Source: Alphaproteobacteria bacterium (lineage in GTDB: Bacteria; Pseudomonadota; Alphaproteobacteria; UBA6615). From it: a stretch of DNA of 64,000 bases. A program made the translations under genes and the position numbers. Positions 31,753 to 41,740 of this stretch are shown one piece after another (position 1 is the first letter of the stretch; each line of letters opens with the position of its first letter). The stretch spans positions 25,523-89,522 of the forward strand of contig PBMH01000019.1 in NCBI GenBank assembly GCA_002722515.1. The letters run 5' to 3'. Below the pieces are notes generated by a model. It had not been told where the DNA came from. It saw only the letters and a list, made by a program, of their open reading frames with translations, and searched no databases.

Positions 31753-33183
31753 TCAGACGCTATTATTTTTGCACCGCGGATCCATCGGAACCAAGCCATC
31801 TAGGCCGAAAACGTCCTCCGCCGCGGCCGCAACCGAAAGCAGGGCGGCCTCACCACGCGGTCGTCCGACCAGCTGAAGACCAACCGGCAAGCCGTCAGCG
31901 GTAAACCCGCACGGCACGGAAATAGCTGGGCACCCGGTTAGGGTGATCGCGGCAACGATGTATAGCCAGTCGACATAATTGTCGAACTCATGATCACCGA
32001 CCCGCTCAACATAACGAGTATCGACGTCGAACGGCGGCACAATTGCCACCGGGCAGGCGAGGATGTCGTAATTCTCGAACCAGGATGCGACACGCCGGGT
32101 TAGCTTACCTCGTTCGACGTGAGCGCGTCCGATAGCGGCAGCGGTCAACTTCATACCCTTTTCGATATTCCAGATCATCTCCGGCTTGAGCGCGTCACGG
32201 TGATTTTGCAGAAGTGAAGAACGGCTAGTAACAAAAAGCGCCGCGCGCAGGGTCTGGAAAACGTCCATCGCACCGCTAAAATCGGGACAGGATTCATCAA
32301 CTGACGCACCGGCATCTGCCAGCTTCGTGGTCGCAGCGCTGCAAATCTCGGCCACTTCGCGTTCGACCGGACCGATGCCTAGATCGGGCGAGAACCCAAT
32401 CCGTCCGGGCAGCTTCGGGCTCAGGGCCGCACTTTCAAACGATATGCCTGGCTCCGGTAACGACAGCGGGAAGGATGGCTCCACACCCACTTCCGCATCC
32501 AGCATCAAAGCAAGATCGGCAACGTTACGACCCATGGGCCCATTCATAGAGAGAGTTTGGAAAGGGTCGCTGGTCGGACCTTGCGGGACACGCCCGGGCG
32601 TAGGCCGCAGGCCGACCACCGAACAGAAGCTCGCGGGCGTCCGCAGCGACCCCCCAAGGTCCGACCCAGTGGCCAGCCAGGTCATGCCGGTAGCCAACGC
32701 CACCGCCGCACCACCGGACGAACCGCCACAGGTCATATCCACGTTCCAGGGGTTACGAGTCTTACCAAAGACCTCGTTAAAAGTGTTAGCGCCGGCGCCG
32801 AACTCTGGTGTGTTGCTCTTGCCCAGCACGATCGCGCCATTCCGCTTAAGGCGGCTAACCATCACGTCATCCCGTTCGGGCACATGATTGGCAAAGATCG
32901 GCGAGCCGTAGGTCGTTCGAACGCCCGCTACGTCAGTCAGATCCTTGACTAGTATCGGCAATCCCGCGAGCCATCCCGGACCAGGATCATTCGGAGCCAC
33001 GAGCGCGCCGGCCGCCTCGCGTGCCATGTCTAGGCAAAGTGTTGGTACCGCGTTCACAACCGGGTCTACCTCGGCGATACGCTCGGCTGCAGCGTCCACT
33101 AATTCGAGTGAGGAGACTTCGCGGCGCCGTAACATCGCGACAGCATCGCGCGCACTTAGCCTAGTCAGTTCCGATAAAGACAT
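31753..33183 (-). CDS. amidase signature family protein
   Basis: AS signature GGSSGGAAVALATG...GSDLGGSLRTPA. Confidence 0.85.
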   Translation of the reverse strand: MSLSELTRLSARDAVAMLRRREVSSLELVDAAAERIAEVDPVVNAVPTLCLDMAREAAGALVAPNDPGPGWLAGLPILVKDLTDVAGVRTTYGSPIFANHVPERDDVMVSRLKRNGAIVLGKSNTPEFGAGANTFNEVFGKTRNPWNVDMTCGGSSGGAAVALATGMTWLATGSDLGGSLRTPASFCSVVGLRPTPGRVPQGPTSDPFQTLSMNGPMGRNVADLALMLDAEVGVEPSFPLSLPEPGISFESAALSPKLPGRIGFSPDLGIGPVEREVAEICSAATTKLADAGASVDESCPDFSGAMDVFQTLRAALFVTSRSSLLQNHRDALKPEMIWNIEKGMKLTAAAIGRAHVERGKLTRRVASWFENYDILACPVAIVPPFDVDTRYVERVGDHEFDNYVDWLYIVAAITLTGCPAISVPCGFTADGLPVGLQLVGRPRGEAALLSVAAAAEDVFGLDGLVPMDPRCKNNSV

Positions 33184-33602
33184 TCACAACCCCCAAACGT
33201 TATCCATGCATACTACCAGAAGCTCGAGAGTATTAACCCCAAGCGTGCGACAGATGTACACAAAGGGAGTTTGGTGCCCAGCAATACACAATGGGTGGAT
33301 CCGTGAACGCGCAGCTGCCCCGACTCAGATCCTTTCCAGAGATGTCGATACGAAAAACAGGACCGGATAGCTGCCGTTATCTACCCGGCGCTCCAGGGAA
33401 ACGAGAATCTAGACGAGTTGTGTAAGCGGCCCTTCTCTCGCCTCCCATCCGAGACAACCGAGCAAACCGACCGCGTCGCCCGGATACGCATCAAAAGTAA
33501 AACAGCCGACGCCGCCAGCACCAAACACTTCACCCGTTTTGTCGGCCGATATCCAATTGCCCCTTCTCGCCGTGCACGATCTACGCTAGCTTTTACGACG
33601 TT

Positions 33603-34670
33603 TTGGGCAGCATTCATCAAATCGCTAACTTAGTCTTGCGGCACCTTCCGGCAGAGACTGCGCACGGTTTTGCGCTGCGTGGCTTGTCCGCCGGACTCGG
33701 GCCTCGCGAGCGCCCCGACGACCTACCCATCCTAGATCAATCCTGTTTTGGACTGCGCTTTGCCAACCCAGTTGGTGTCTCAGCGGGCTTCGACAAGAAT
33801 GCTGTCGCCATCGCCGGCATGACAAAGCTCGGTGGCGGCTTCATCGAAGTGGGCGGGGTCACGCCGTTGCCTCAAGCCGGCAATCCACGACCCCGACTGT
33901 TTCGTCTGACACCGGACAAAGCCGCCATCAACCGCATGGGGTTTAACAATGATGGCGCCGAAATCGTGCGCGAACGGGTCAGCGATCACCTCGCGCGCGA
34001 GCCAGCCTCACTGCCGCTCGGGATCAACATGGCGGCAAATGCTGCTAGCCCCGATCCGGCTCAGGATTTTATAGATCTGATTACCTGTTTCGGTCCCGTG
34101 GCGGACTATCTGACCATAGACGTATCCTGCCCCAACACCGAAAATGGCCAAGTGTTTCTCGAGCCCACCGCACTGGAGAACCTGCTGGCGCGCCTGAATG
34201 CGGCTCGGGATACTTCCGGCTCGCGACCCGCGTTGGTCGCAAAGTTAGCCCCCGATCTTGAGGACACGCACCTCACAGAGCTAATAGAGATTATAACCGC
34301 CGCTGGGGTCGATGCAATTAACCTATGCAACACTACAACCAAGCGCCCGACCTCATTGAAAAGCCGCCACGCGCAAGAGCGAGGCGGCCTATCTGGCACA
34401 CCCCTGTTCGAGATGTCTAACGCGATGTTGCGAAAGGTCTATCGGAACACCGGCGGGCGTGTCCCTCTCATCGGGGTAGGGGGCATCACGAGCGGCGCAG
34501 ACGCTTATACGAAAATCTGCGCCGGAGCAAACTTGGTGCAGCTCTACACTGGGCTGGTTTTCGAAGGGCCCAGCCTAATACAGCGCATCAAGCATGACCT
34601 GGCAGAGCTCCTGAAGCGTGACGGCTACGCCAACATAACCGAAGCTGTCGGGTGTGAGCATCGAGCATAA
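33603..34670 (+). CDS. pyrD: dihydroorotate dehydrogenase (quinone)
   Basis: Class 2 DHODH TIM-barrel motifs; TTG start as given in the ORF track. Confidence 0.9.
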   Translation: MGSIHQIANLVLRHLPAETAHGFALRGLSAGLGPRERPDDLPILDQSCFGLRFANPVGVSAGFDKNAVAIAGMTKLGGGFIEVGGVTPLPQAGNPRPRLFRLTPDKAAINRMGFNNDGAEIVRERVSDHLAREPASLPLGINMAANAASPDPAQDFIDLITCFGPVADYLTIDVSCPNTENGQVFLEPTALENLLARLNAARDTSGSRPALVAKLAPDLEDTHLTELIEIITAAGVDAINLCNTTTKRPTSLKSRHAQERGGLSGTPLFEMSNAMLRKVYRNTGGRVPLIGVGGITSGADAYTKICAGANLVQLYTGLVFEGPSLIQRIKHDLAELLKRDGYANITEAVGCEHRA

Positions 34671-35145
34671 TAAACTGACAGCTACGCCGCCAAATCGAGC
34701 AACGACGATGCTTAGAAAACGCCGGGAAATCATTCTTGTCGTCTCGCTGGCTGCGCTGGTTATTGTTGCAGGACGATTTTTCGCTGCCAATACGATCACC
34801 CATACACCGCGTTCGGTCGCGCCCGCCGGGACTACCAACCAACACGCCGAACCGATAGATCGCAGCGGCACATCAAACCTCCTTAAGCTGAGCAGCAGCA
34901 CCCCCAGCGCACCAATCCGGATTGGCAGCAACCAGTGCCTGCAGTGGTGGGGCGAACGTCACGACACCTACCGAGTCGAGGTCGCGGGCTTTGGTGGCCA
35001 GGACTGGCAGCCAAACGAAACATTCCTGGCCGCCAAGACGGCGGGGACCGCAGAGTACAATTTCCCGGCCTGGTATCGCTTCGCCGCCACTACCGAAGAT
35101 GAGACCAAAATCTCCTACCGAATAATGCGCGGCCTATGCCGGTAG
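34654..35145 (+). CDS. hypothetical exported/membrane-anchored protein
   Basis: N-terminal hydrophobic anchor (ILVVSLAALVIVAG); no recognisable domain. Start uncertain; an internal ATG lies at 34705. Confidence 0.3.
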   Translation: MSIEHNKLTATPPNRATTMLRKRREIILVVSLAALVIVAGRFFAANTITHTPRSVAPAGTTNQHAEPIDRSGTSNLLKLSSSTPSAPIRIGSNQCLQWWGERHDTYRVEVAGFGGQDWQPNETFLAAKTAGTAEYNFPAWYRFAATTEDETKISYRIMRGLCR

Positions 35146-35231
35146 GCGGCAGCGTTCGAACGCACAGGTTACCCTGAAATTCCGCACCAAAAGTTTTTGC
35201 ACACGAATCAGGCCATGAGTAGGGCTTCGCG

Positions 35232-35260
35232 TTGACTCACCACGGCCTGTTACCTACAGT
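35232..35260 (+). promoter_or_regulatory. candidate sigma70-type promoter (TTGACT-N17-TACAGT) upstream of the DRE-TIM gene
   Basis: Hexamer spacing read directly from the sequence, about 100 nt upstream of the ATG at 35358. Confidence 0.2.
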
Positions 35261-35357
35261 CCGCGCGAAATTTGACCGGGTTATGTTCCTGGCTTTTTCT
35301 AACCCCATAACTACCGTCCGGCGCAATAATTTTAGGGCGCGCGAGGAGGCTAATCCC

Positions 35358-36584
35358 ATGACAGATACACCCTGGAAGACAGACGACTGGTTTACTAGTC
35401 CCTGGAACTTCGCCCCCGAAGTGACCAAGGATTGGAAGTTTCCCGACAATATCCGTATCCATGACGTCACCCTGCGTGACGGAGAACAGCAGGCGGGCCT
35501 TGCGTTCAATTTCGATGACAAGATTCGTATCGCCGAGGGCCTCGCAGAAGTTGGTGTCCAGCGCATTGAAGCCGGTATGCCGGTTGTCTCCAGGGACGAT
35601 GCCAAGGTCGTCCAGGAACTTGCCAAGCGCGACTTTGGCCCGACCGTTTACGCGTTCGCACGCTGCATGGTCGAAGACGTCAAACGCGCAGTCGATTCCG
35701 GTGTTGGCGGTGTCATCATGGAAGTTCCGGCCAGCCCGCACCTAATTCAATATGGCTATCAGTGGGATCTGGAGCGGGCGATCGACCTGTCTATCGAATC
35801 TACCAAATTTGCTCACGATAATGGGCTCGAGGTCGTATTCTTCCCGATTGACTTCACCCGCTCTGACCTAAAGTGGGTGATCGACCTGATCGACCGCGTC
35901 GGTAAGGAAGGCCATATGGATGGCCTAGCCCTCGTCGACACTATGGGTGCTACATCAATCCACGCGATGCAGTATTTCGTGCGCTCAATGAAAGAACGCT
36001 TCCCAGATATCCCCATGGAAGCCCACTTCCACATGGATTACGGTATGGGCGTGGCCAACACGATCATGGCTCTATCCGAGGGTGTGGAAGTCATCCAGTC
36101 GACCGTTCTGGGTGTCGGCGAACGTGCCGGAAATGTCCCCATGGAAGAGACCGTTATGGCGCTTCGGACGCTGTATGACATCGACATCGGCATCAAGCTA
36201 GATAAGCTGAAATGGCTGGCCGACCTAGTTCGCGATGTCACCGGCGTTGTGGTGCCGTCGAACCGGCCAGTCGTCGGCGACGACCTGTTTAAGGTCGAGT
36301 CGGGCATCATCGCTACCTGGCTACTTAACTGTGGCGACGAGTATCAGACCGAGGTCATGCCGTTCCGTCCGCGCATGGTCGGCCAAGGCGAGCCGGAGAC
36401 GGTTATGGGCAAGGGCTCGGGCATCGACACGGTCAAGCAGTGGCTTGAGCGCAACCAAATCCGCGTCGAAGAGACCAAGGCCATGGAGATCCTGATGGCC
36501 GTCAAGGACTGGGCTCTGATCCACAAGCGCCTGATGACCGAGGACGAGTTCAAGGCGTTGGCCGAGAGCTTACTCGACGACTAG
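35358..36584 (+). CDS. DRE-TIM metallolyase family protein (2-isopropylmalate/homocitrate synthase-like, HMGL-like)
   Basis: VTLRDGEQQAG pyruvate-carboxyltransferase motif; downstream HxH and GKGSGIDTV motifs; strong RBS GAGGAGG upstream of the ATG at 35358. Confidence 0.7.
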   Translation: MTDTPWKTDDWFTSPWNFAPEVTKDWKFPDNIRIHDVTLRDGEQQAGLAFNFDDKIRIAEGLAEVGVQRIEAGMPVVSRDDAKVVQELAKRDFGPTVYAFARCMVEDVKRAVDSGVGGVIMEVPASPHLIQYGYQWDLERAIDLSIESTKFAHDNGLEVVFFPIDFTRSDLKWVIDLIDRVGKEGHMDGLALVDTMGATSIHAMQYFVRSMKERFPDIPMEAHFHMDYGMGVANTIMALSEGVEVIQSTVLGVGERAGNVPMEETVMALRTLYDIDIGIKLDKLKWLADLVRDVTGVVVPSNRPVVGDDLFKVESGIIATWLLNCGDEYQTEVMPFRPRMVGQGEPETVMGKGSGIDTVKQWLERNQIRVEETKAMEILMAVKDWALIHKRLMTEDEFKALAESLLDD

Positions 36585-36613
36585 AGAATGCGTATCCCAA
36601 ACTAAGTTGCGAG

Positions 36614-36644
36614 GCCCCTCCCCATACGGGAGGGGTTTTCGTTT
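36614..36644 (+). terminator. rho-independent terminator (CCCCTCCCC-ATAC-GGGAGGGG followed by TTTTCGTTT)
   Basis: Perfect GC-rich hairpin plus a T-tract immediately after the DRE-TIM gene stop. Confidence 0.6.
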
Positions 36645-36665
36645 GCGGATATTGTTCTCGCGCTT

Positions 36666-37652
36666 CTAGCTTTCGAACACAGCCACGAGCGCACCGGTCG
36701 TCATACGAGAGTCGAGCGCTTCATGGGCCTTGGCAATGTCAGCCAGTTCATAGGTGCCAGTAATGTTTGGTTTCACGGTGCCCTCGGAAATCGCCGACAC
36801 CACCTCCTGCATCATCATCGCCTTCTCGGCAGGGGCCGCCACATAGTCTTTCATCGACGCCTTGGTAAAAATCAGGGATTTCTGATTGAGCTCCAGTGCG
36901 TCAATCGGAGGCGGACCCGACGCGTGGCCGTAATTCACAAACCAGCCACGCGGCGCAAGTGCGCGGAGATTTCCCTCGTAGGCGGCCTCCCCCACCGCGT
37001 CATATACGACCGGCACCCCGGCACCGTCAGTAATATCGAGGACCGCGCCAGCGAAGTCTTCCTTCGTGTAGTCGATCACATGGGCACAGCCATTTTCCTC
37101 AGCCGCCAGAAACTTGTCGGGTGAACTCACTGTGCCAATCACCTTCGCTCCCAGGCTAGTTGCCCACTGACTCAGCAGGCTGCCCATCCCGCCAGCCGCC
37201 GAATGTACCAGGATCGTTTCTCCCGCCTGCACCGGATAGAGCCGTCGCAGCAGATACTGTGCCGTCATAGCGCGCACGAAGGTCGCTACCACGGTCTGGT
37301 CATCGAGATCAGCCGGCGGCACATACAGCTGCTCTTCAGGCACAATCCGCGCGTCGGCATAGGCGCCCATATTGAATAGATAGGCCGCCCGGTCTCCCTC
37401 CTTGTAGTCCTTCACACCCTCGCCGACCGCGGCAATGGTTCCAACACCCTCGAGACCAAGTACTGTCGGCAGGGGCGGCTTTAGGAAGTAACGCCCCTCG
37501 CGCATGTACGAATCGGCGAAATGGATTGCCGCGGCGCCCTGCTGTAGGACCACCTCGCCCAGCCCAGGGTCGGGTAGGGCGTCGGTCTCTATCCTGATAA
37601 CACCGGGATCACCATATTCGTGAATACGTGCGACGCGAGCCTGCATTGTCAT
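36666..37652 (-). CDS. qor: NADPH:quinone oxidoreductase / zinc-free MDR family
   Basis: MDR fold with GAAGGMG-like nucleotide-binding motif (SAAGGMGS). Confidence 0.8.
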   Translation of the reverse strand: MTMQARVARIHEYGDPGVIRIETDALPDPGLGEVVLQQGAAAIHFADSYMREGRYFLKPPLPTVLGLEGVGTIAAVGEGVKDYKEGDRAAYLFNMGAYADARIVPEEQLYVPPADLDDQTVVATFVRAMTAQYLLRRLYPVQAGETILVHSAAGGMGSLLSQWATSLGAKVIGTVSSPDKFLAAEENGCAHVIDYTKEDFAGAVLDITDGAGVPVVYDAVGEAAYEGNLRALAPRGWFVNYGHASGPPPIDALELNQKSLIFTKASMKDYVAAPAEKAMMMQEVVSAISEGTVKPNITGTYELADIAKAHEALDSRMTTGALVAVFES

Positions 37653-37769
37653 GTCTCTAATTTAGCGATTTGAGCCCATCATATCTTCATTGTTCCGGGA
37701 CATTAGTACACTTTAAAATACCATGGCTAATTCTCTCACATATCGAGGGTTGGTAACGAAATTGATCGA

Positions 37770-38750
37770 CTACGCCACCCGCAGATAGTGCAGCGAAAAC
37801 AAATCTTCAGTGTCCGTCCAGTGACGGATGCTGCACCAGCCAGCCTTGGCCGCCAGCGTGTGAAATTCTTCGATGCCATACTTGTGGGAATCCTCGGTGT
37901 GGATCGATTCCCCAGCAGCAAACACAAAGCATTTTCCGTCGACCCACACCTCCTGATCCCGTTCACTCACCAGATGCATTTCGATACGGCTCTGGTCCGC
38001 AACCCAGCGCGCATCATGGGTGAAGGCGTCGAGGTCGAAATTCCCTCCAAGCTCACGGTTAACCCGTCGAAGAACATTGATATTAAACGCCGCTGTTATG
38101 CCCGCCACGTCGTTATAGGCTGCATGCAGAACCCCTACGTCTTTGCGCAGGTCGACCCCAATCAGAAGTCCGTTGTCAGCACCCAGATCACTCGCAGCGG
38201 TCCGCAGGAATTCTACAGCGGCGTCGCGCGAGAAGTTGCCGATGGTCGATCCCGGAAAGAATCCGACCCGCGTCGCCTCTCCCAAAATATCGGGGAGATG
38301 GAACGGCCTTGTATAGTCTGCCGCGATCGGAACAACCGGCAGATCGGGATAAGCGCTGGCAAGTGACTTAGAAGATTCCAGAAGATGTTCGCGCGATATA
38401 TCGACTGGAATATAGGCCGCTGGGCTCTCGAGCGCGTCGAGCAGAATACGAACCTTGGTGCTCGACCCGCTGCCAAACTCAACCACGCTGGCGTTGGCAC
38501 CGATCAGTTCCGCAAACTCCGCAGCGTAGGTGCGCAGCAATCCGGTCTCAGTGCGAGTGGGGTAATATTCCGGCAGCTCACATATGTCGTCGAACAGCTT
38601 GGAACCGCGTTCGTCATAGAAGTACTTACTCGATAGTTTCTTCTGGGTTTGCGACAACCCCTCCAACACGTCGTCTAGAAAGCTGTCCGCCGCATGGCCG
38701 TACTCGATGTAATCGCGGAGCAGCCCTAGGTTCACCGCTGTGCCGCTCAC
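37770..38750 (-). CDS. egtD: L-histidine N(alpha)-methyltransferase (ergothioneine biosynthesis)
   Basis: YFYDERGSKLFDDICELPEYYPTRTE and VEFGSGSSTK closely match EgtD. GTG start overlaps the egtB stop (GTGA). Confidence 0.85.
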   Translation of the reverse strand: MSGTAVNLGLLRDYIEYGHAADSFLDDVLEGLSQTQKKLSSKYFYDERGSKLFDDICELPEYYPTRTETGLLRTYAAEFAELIGANASVVEFGSGSSTKVRILLDALESPAAYIPVDISREHLLESSKSLASAYPDLPVVPIAADYTRPFHLPDILGEATRVGFFPGSTIGNFSRDAAVEFLRTAASDLGADNGLLIGVDLRKDVGVLHAAYNDVAGITAAFNINVLRRVNRELGGNFDLDAFTHDARWVADQSRIEMHLVSERDQEVWVDGKCFVFAAGESIHTEDSHKYGIEEFHTLAAKAGWCSIRHWTDTEDLFSLHYLRVA

Positions 38751-40153
38751 GTCGTCGTTCCGCTGGCGTCCTCGGCCAGACGGACGCCGGCGAAGACCCA
38801 GCGCATCGCCGGATAGAAGAAATTCCGATAGGTGGCACGAGCGTGCCCTTCCGGGGTCACGCAGGCACCGCCACGTAAAACAAACTGATTGGCCATGAAT
38901 TTTCCGTTGTATTCCCCGACTGCGCCGGGAACGGGTCTAAAGCCCGGATACGGGACGTATGGGCTCTGGGTCCATTCCCAGACGTCGCCGAACATCTGTT
39001 CCGGCCGGTCGGGTGTTTCACATGCCGCCGGTGCCGCCCGCAACAAGCCGGACCCGATGAAGTTACCGGATGCAGGTTGATCGCGGGCAAACACTTCCCA
39101 CTCGCCTTCGCGCGGCAAGCGCTTTCCTGCCCAGCGGGCATAAGCATCAGCCTCATAAAGACTGATATGGCAGACCGGTGCCTGATCATTGACCTGCTGC
39201 AGACCCGACAGGGACATGGCGAGCCATTCGCCATCGACCTGCCGCCAGTAGAGCGGCGATTCCCAACCGTTCGCAGTTGCCGCAGCCCAGCCGTCTGACA
39301 ACCAAACCTCCGGTCGACGGTACCCCTTATCGGCCATGAACTGCTTCCACTCGCCATTGGTAACAAGCCTGGAGGCAAGCCGGAACGGCGCAAGATGGGC
39401 ACTGTGGCGCGGACCTTCATTGTCGAAGGCGAATGCATCGCCGCCATGGCCAATCTCGACCAGCCCACCGGGATGATTGAACCAGCGCAGCGCGGGTGTC
39501 TTACGCGCAGGCGATGGCCTGTATACTTGGTAGCTGGGCGCCAGGCTGTTTAACGAGAACGCATGGAGAATATCCATCAGGATTAATTCTTGATGCTACT
39601 GCTCGTGATGCAAACCGAGGACAATCAGCGGCGCGATCTCGTCCCAGGTCATAGCGTCGGCGCAGGTGATCAGGTCTCGCATCGCGACATCTATATGATC
39701 TCGATAAGCCTTCACCGCCTCTGTCGACGGGCGGGTCAAAAGACCTCGCTCGGGTCGAGGGTGCCGCGCACCGACGGTCTCGTAATACGAATTGAAAAGA
39801 AATCGGTAATGCTCGTCGAGTGGTACATAGTTGCGTGCGAAGGCACGTAAGATCATGGTCTCAAAGAACCAGGTCACGTGGGCACGGTGCCACTTTGTTG
39901 GGCTCGCGTCGGCCATCGACTGCACGACCTGATCTTCAGGCGATAGTGGCAGGGCAAGGCGTTCGGTTTCGCCGCGTACCCAGTTGAAATGATCGAGAAT
40001 CTGACTCCTGTCGCGCGGATGCGCATCTAGGATCGCCGGCTCGGAAACCAAGGATGTCACGGCGCATCTCCTGTTGGCGCCAGTGTCCCGCATAACCGCC
40101 TTTTCGGAACACTTAAAACCACGACCATACGAGGGCCACGGGTCGAACATCAT
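38747..40153 (-). pseudogene. egtB: ergothioneine sulfoxide synthase EgtB, interrupted by a single in-frame TAG (plus-strand 39596-39598) at a conserved Gln codon
   Basis: N-terminal DinB_2-like part (39599..40153, ends LGLHHEQ*) and C-terminal FGE-sulfatase part (GDVWEWT, 38747..39595) are in the same frame: ...HHEQ-TAG-HQELILMDILHAF... Confidence 0.75.
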
Positions 40154-40295
40154 CCAGATTTGAGCCCGGATGCGACAGTCGACCGGGAGTAAACCAAGCT
40201 CGCTCGTATTCCGTCAACTGGAAGTACCTAAAATTAAAAAAAGAGCCGGCGCATCCAAATATTGACCAACAATACTCTCTAACTATGTTGGCTCC

Positions 40296-40670
40296 ATGAA
40301 AAACGAGACAAACCAGCACCACCCTAAAAAACTCAAGGGCTTCCACGCCCATATCTATTACGATGCCGACAGCAAGGTGGCCGCTAAAGCGCTACGAGAA
40401 GAAATCGGCGCACGCTTCGATGTTGAACTCGGCCGCTGGCACGACAAGCCGATAGGACCTCACCCATTCAGCAGCTACCAGGTGTCATTCATGCCGACGT
40501 TATTCGGAGACATAGTTCCCTGGCTGGCGTTCAACCGCCGAAACCTGGTTATCCTCGTGCACCCCGAAACCGGTGACGACCTTATCGACCATTCAGACTA
40601 CGCTATGTGGCTCGGCGACAGTGCAATACTCGACCTGCAGCGGTTCCGTGAGCGCATCACGAAACGCTGA
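40296..40670 (+). CDS. DOPA 4,5-dioxygenase family (YgiD-like) small protein
   Basis: 124 aa; FHAHIYYD motif characteristic of the DOPA-dioxygenase family. Confidence 0.55.
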   Translation: MKNETNQHHPKKLKGFHAHIYYDADSKVAAKALREEIGARFDVELGRWHDKPIGPHPFSSYQVSFMPTLFGDIVPWLAFNRRNLVILVHPETGDDLIDHSDYAMWLGDSAILDLQRFRERITKR

Positions 40671-40799
40671 AGACGGAGTTACCTAAACAAAACGAACGGT
40701 TTGCATAGATCGCCCGTAGCGCTACAACTTCGCAGAAATCGAAATTCTCCGGCCCTGTTTCAACGCGCCGGAACAATTCAACTTCAGGAGAACCTAGTC

Positions 40800-41639
40800 A
40801 TGAAACTCGTTCGCTTTGGCCCGCGCGGCAAAGAAAAGCCCGGCCTGATAGATGCCGATGGTAAGCTCCGTGACCTCTCTAAGGTCGTTAACGATATCGA
40901 CGCTGAGACGCTCACACCAAAAGGCCTGGCTGCGATCCGCAAGCGCGATCCAAAACGTCTTCCATTGATCAAAGGTAACCCACGCCTCGGTCCCTGCGTG
41001 GTAGAGCGCCGGATCTTCGCCATCGCGCTTAACTACAAGGAACATGCCGAGGAGGCCAACGCCGCCATTCCGTCAGAGCCGTTCGTGTTCACCAAGACTT
41101 GCCCACCCACTGGTCACCGGGACAACATCGTGCTCCCGAAAGGTTCAGTGAAGACAGACTGGGAGGTCGAGCTTTGTATGGTAATGGGCCGCAAAGCACA
41201 GCATGTTTCGAAAAAGGACGCGCTTAAATACGTTGCGGGCTACTTCGCGGGCAACGAAGTCTCCGAGCGCGAGTTCCTATTCAGCGGCGGTCTGCAGTGG
41301 ATCAAGGGTAAGAGCCCCGATACTTTTGCGCCGATCGGCCCTTGGTTGCTAACGGCCGATGAGGTGGCAAACCCGAACAGCCTCCATATGTGGCTCGAGG
41401 TGAATGGCGTCCGTAAACAAGACAACAACACACGGGATATGATCTATGACTGCAAAACTCTCGTCTCGAACCTGAGCAAGACGATTACCCTCTATCCGGG
41501 TGACATTATCTTCACTGGCACACCCCAGGGTGTCGCTTATGGCGAGAAGAACCCAAAATATCTCCGGGCCGGAGATATAGTCACTATGGGCATTGATGGC
41601 CTCGGGGAACACCGCAACAAGATCGTAAGATATAAGTAA
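40800..41639 (+). CDS. fumarylacetoacetate hydrolase (FAH) family protein
   Basis: FAH fold motifs (NYKEHAEE, metal-binding acidic residues); GGAG RBS before the ATG at 40800. Confidence 0.85.
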   Translation: MKLVRFGPRGKEKPGLIDADGKLRDLSKVVNDIDAETLTPKGLAAIRKRDPKRLPLIKGNPRLGPCVVERRIFAIALNYKEHAEEANAAIPSEPFVFTKTCPPTGHRDNIVLPKGSVKTDWEVELCMVMGRKAQHVSKKDALKYVAGYFAGNEVSEREFLFSGGLQWIKGKSPDTFAPIGPWLLTADEVANPNSLHMWLEVNGVRKQDNNTRDMIYDCKTLVSNLSKTITLYPGDIIFTGTPQGVAYGEKNPKYLRAGDIVTMGIDGLGEHRNKIVRYK

Positions 41640-41740
41640 ACTGGCTCGACCGAAGCGAATTGATAAGGGCTGCACAGAATTGTGCGGCCCGTTTTCATTC
41701 GAAAGCTGAAAAGCCTAAGCTCAATCGAAATACCCCCGCG

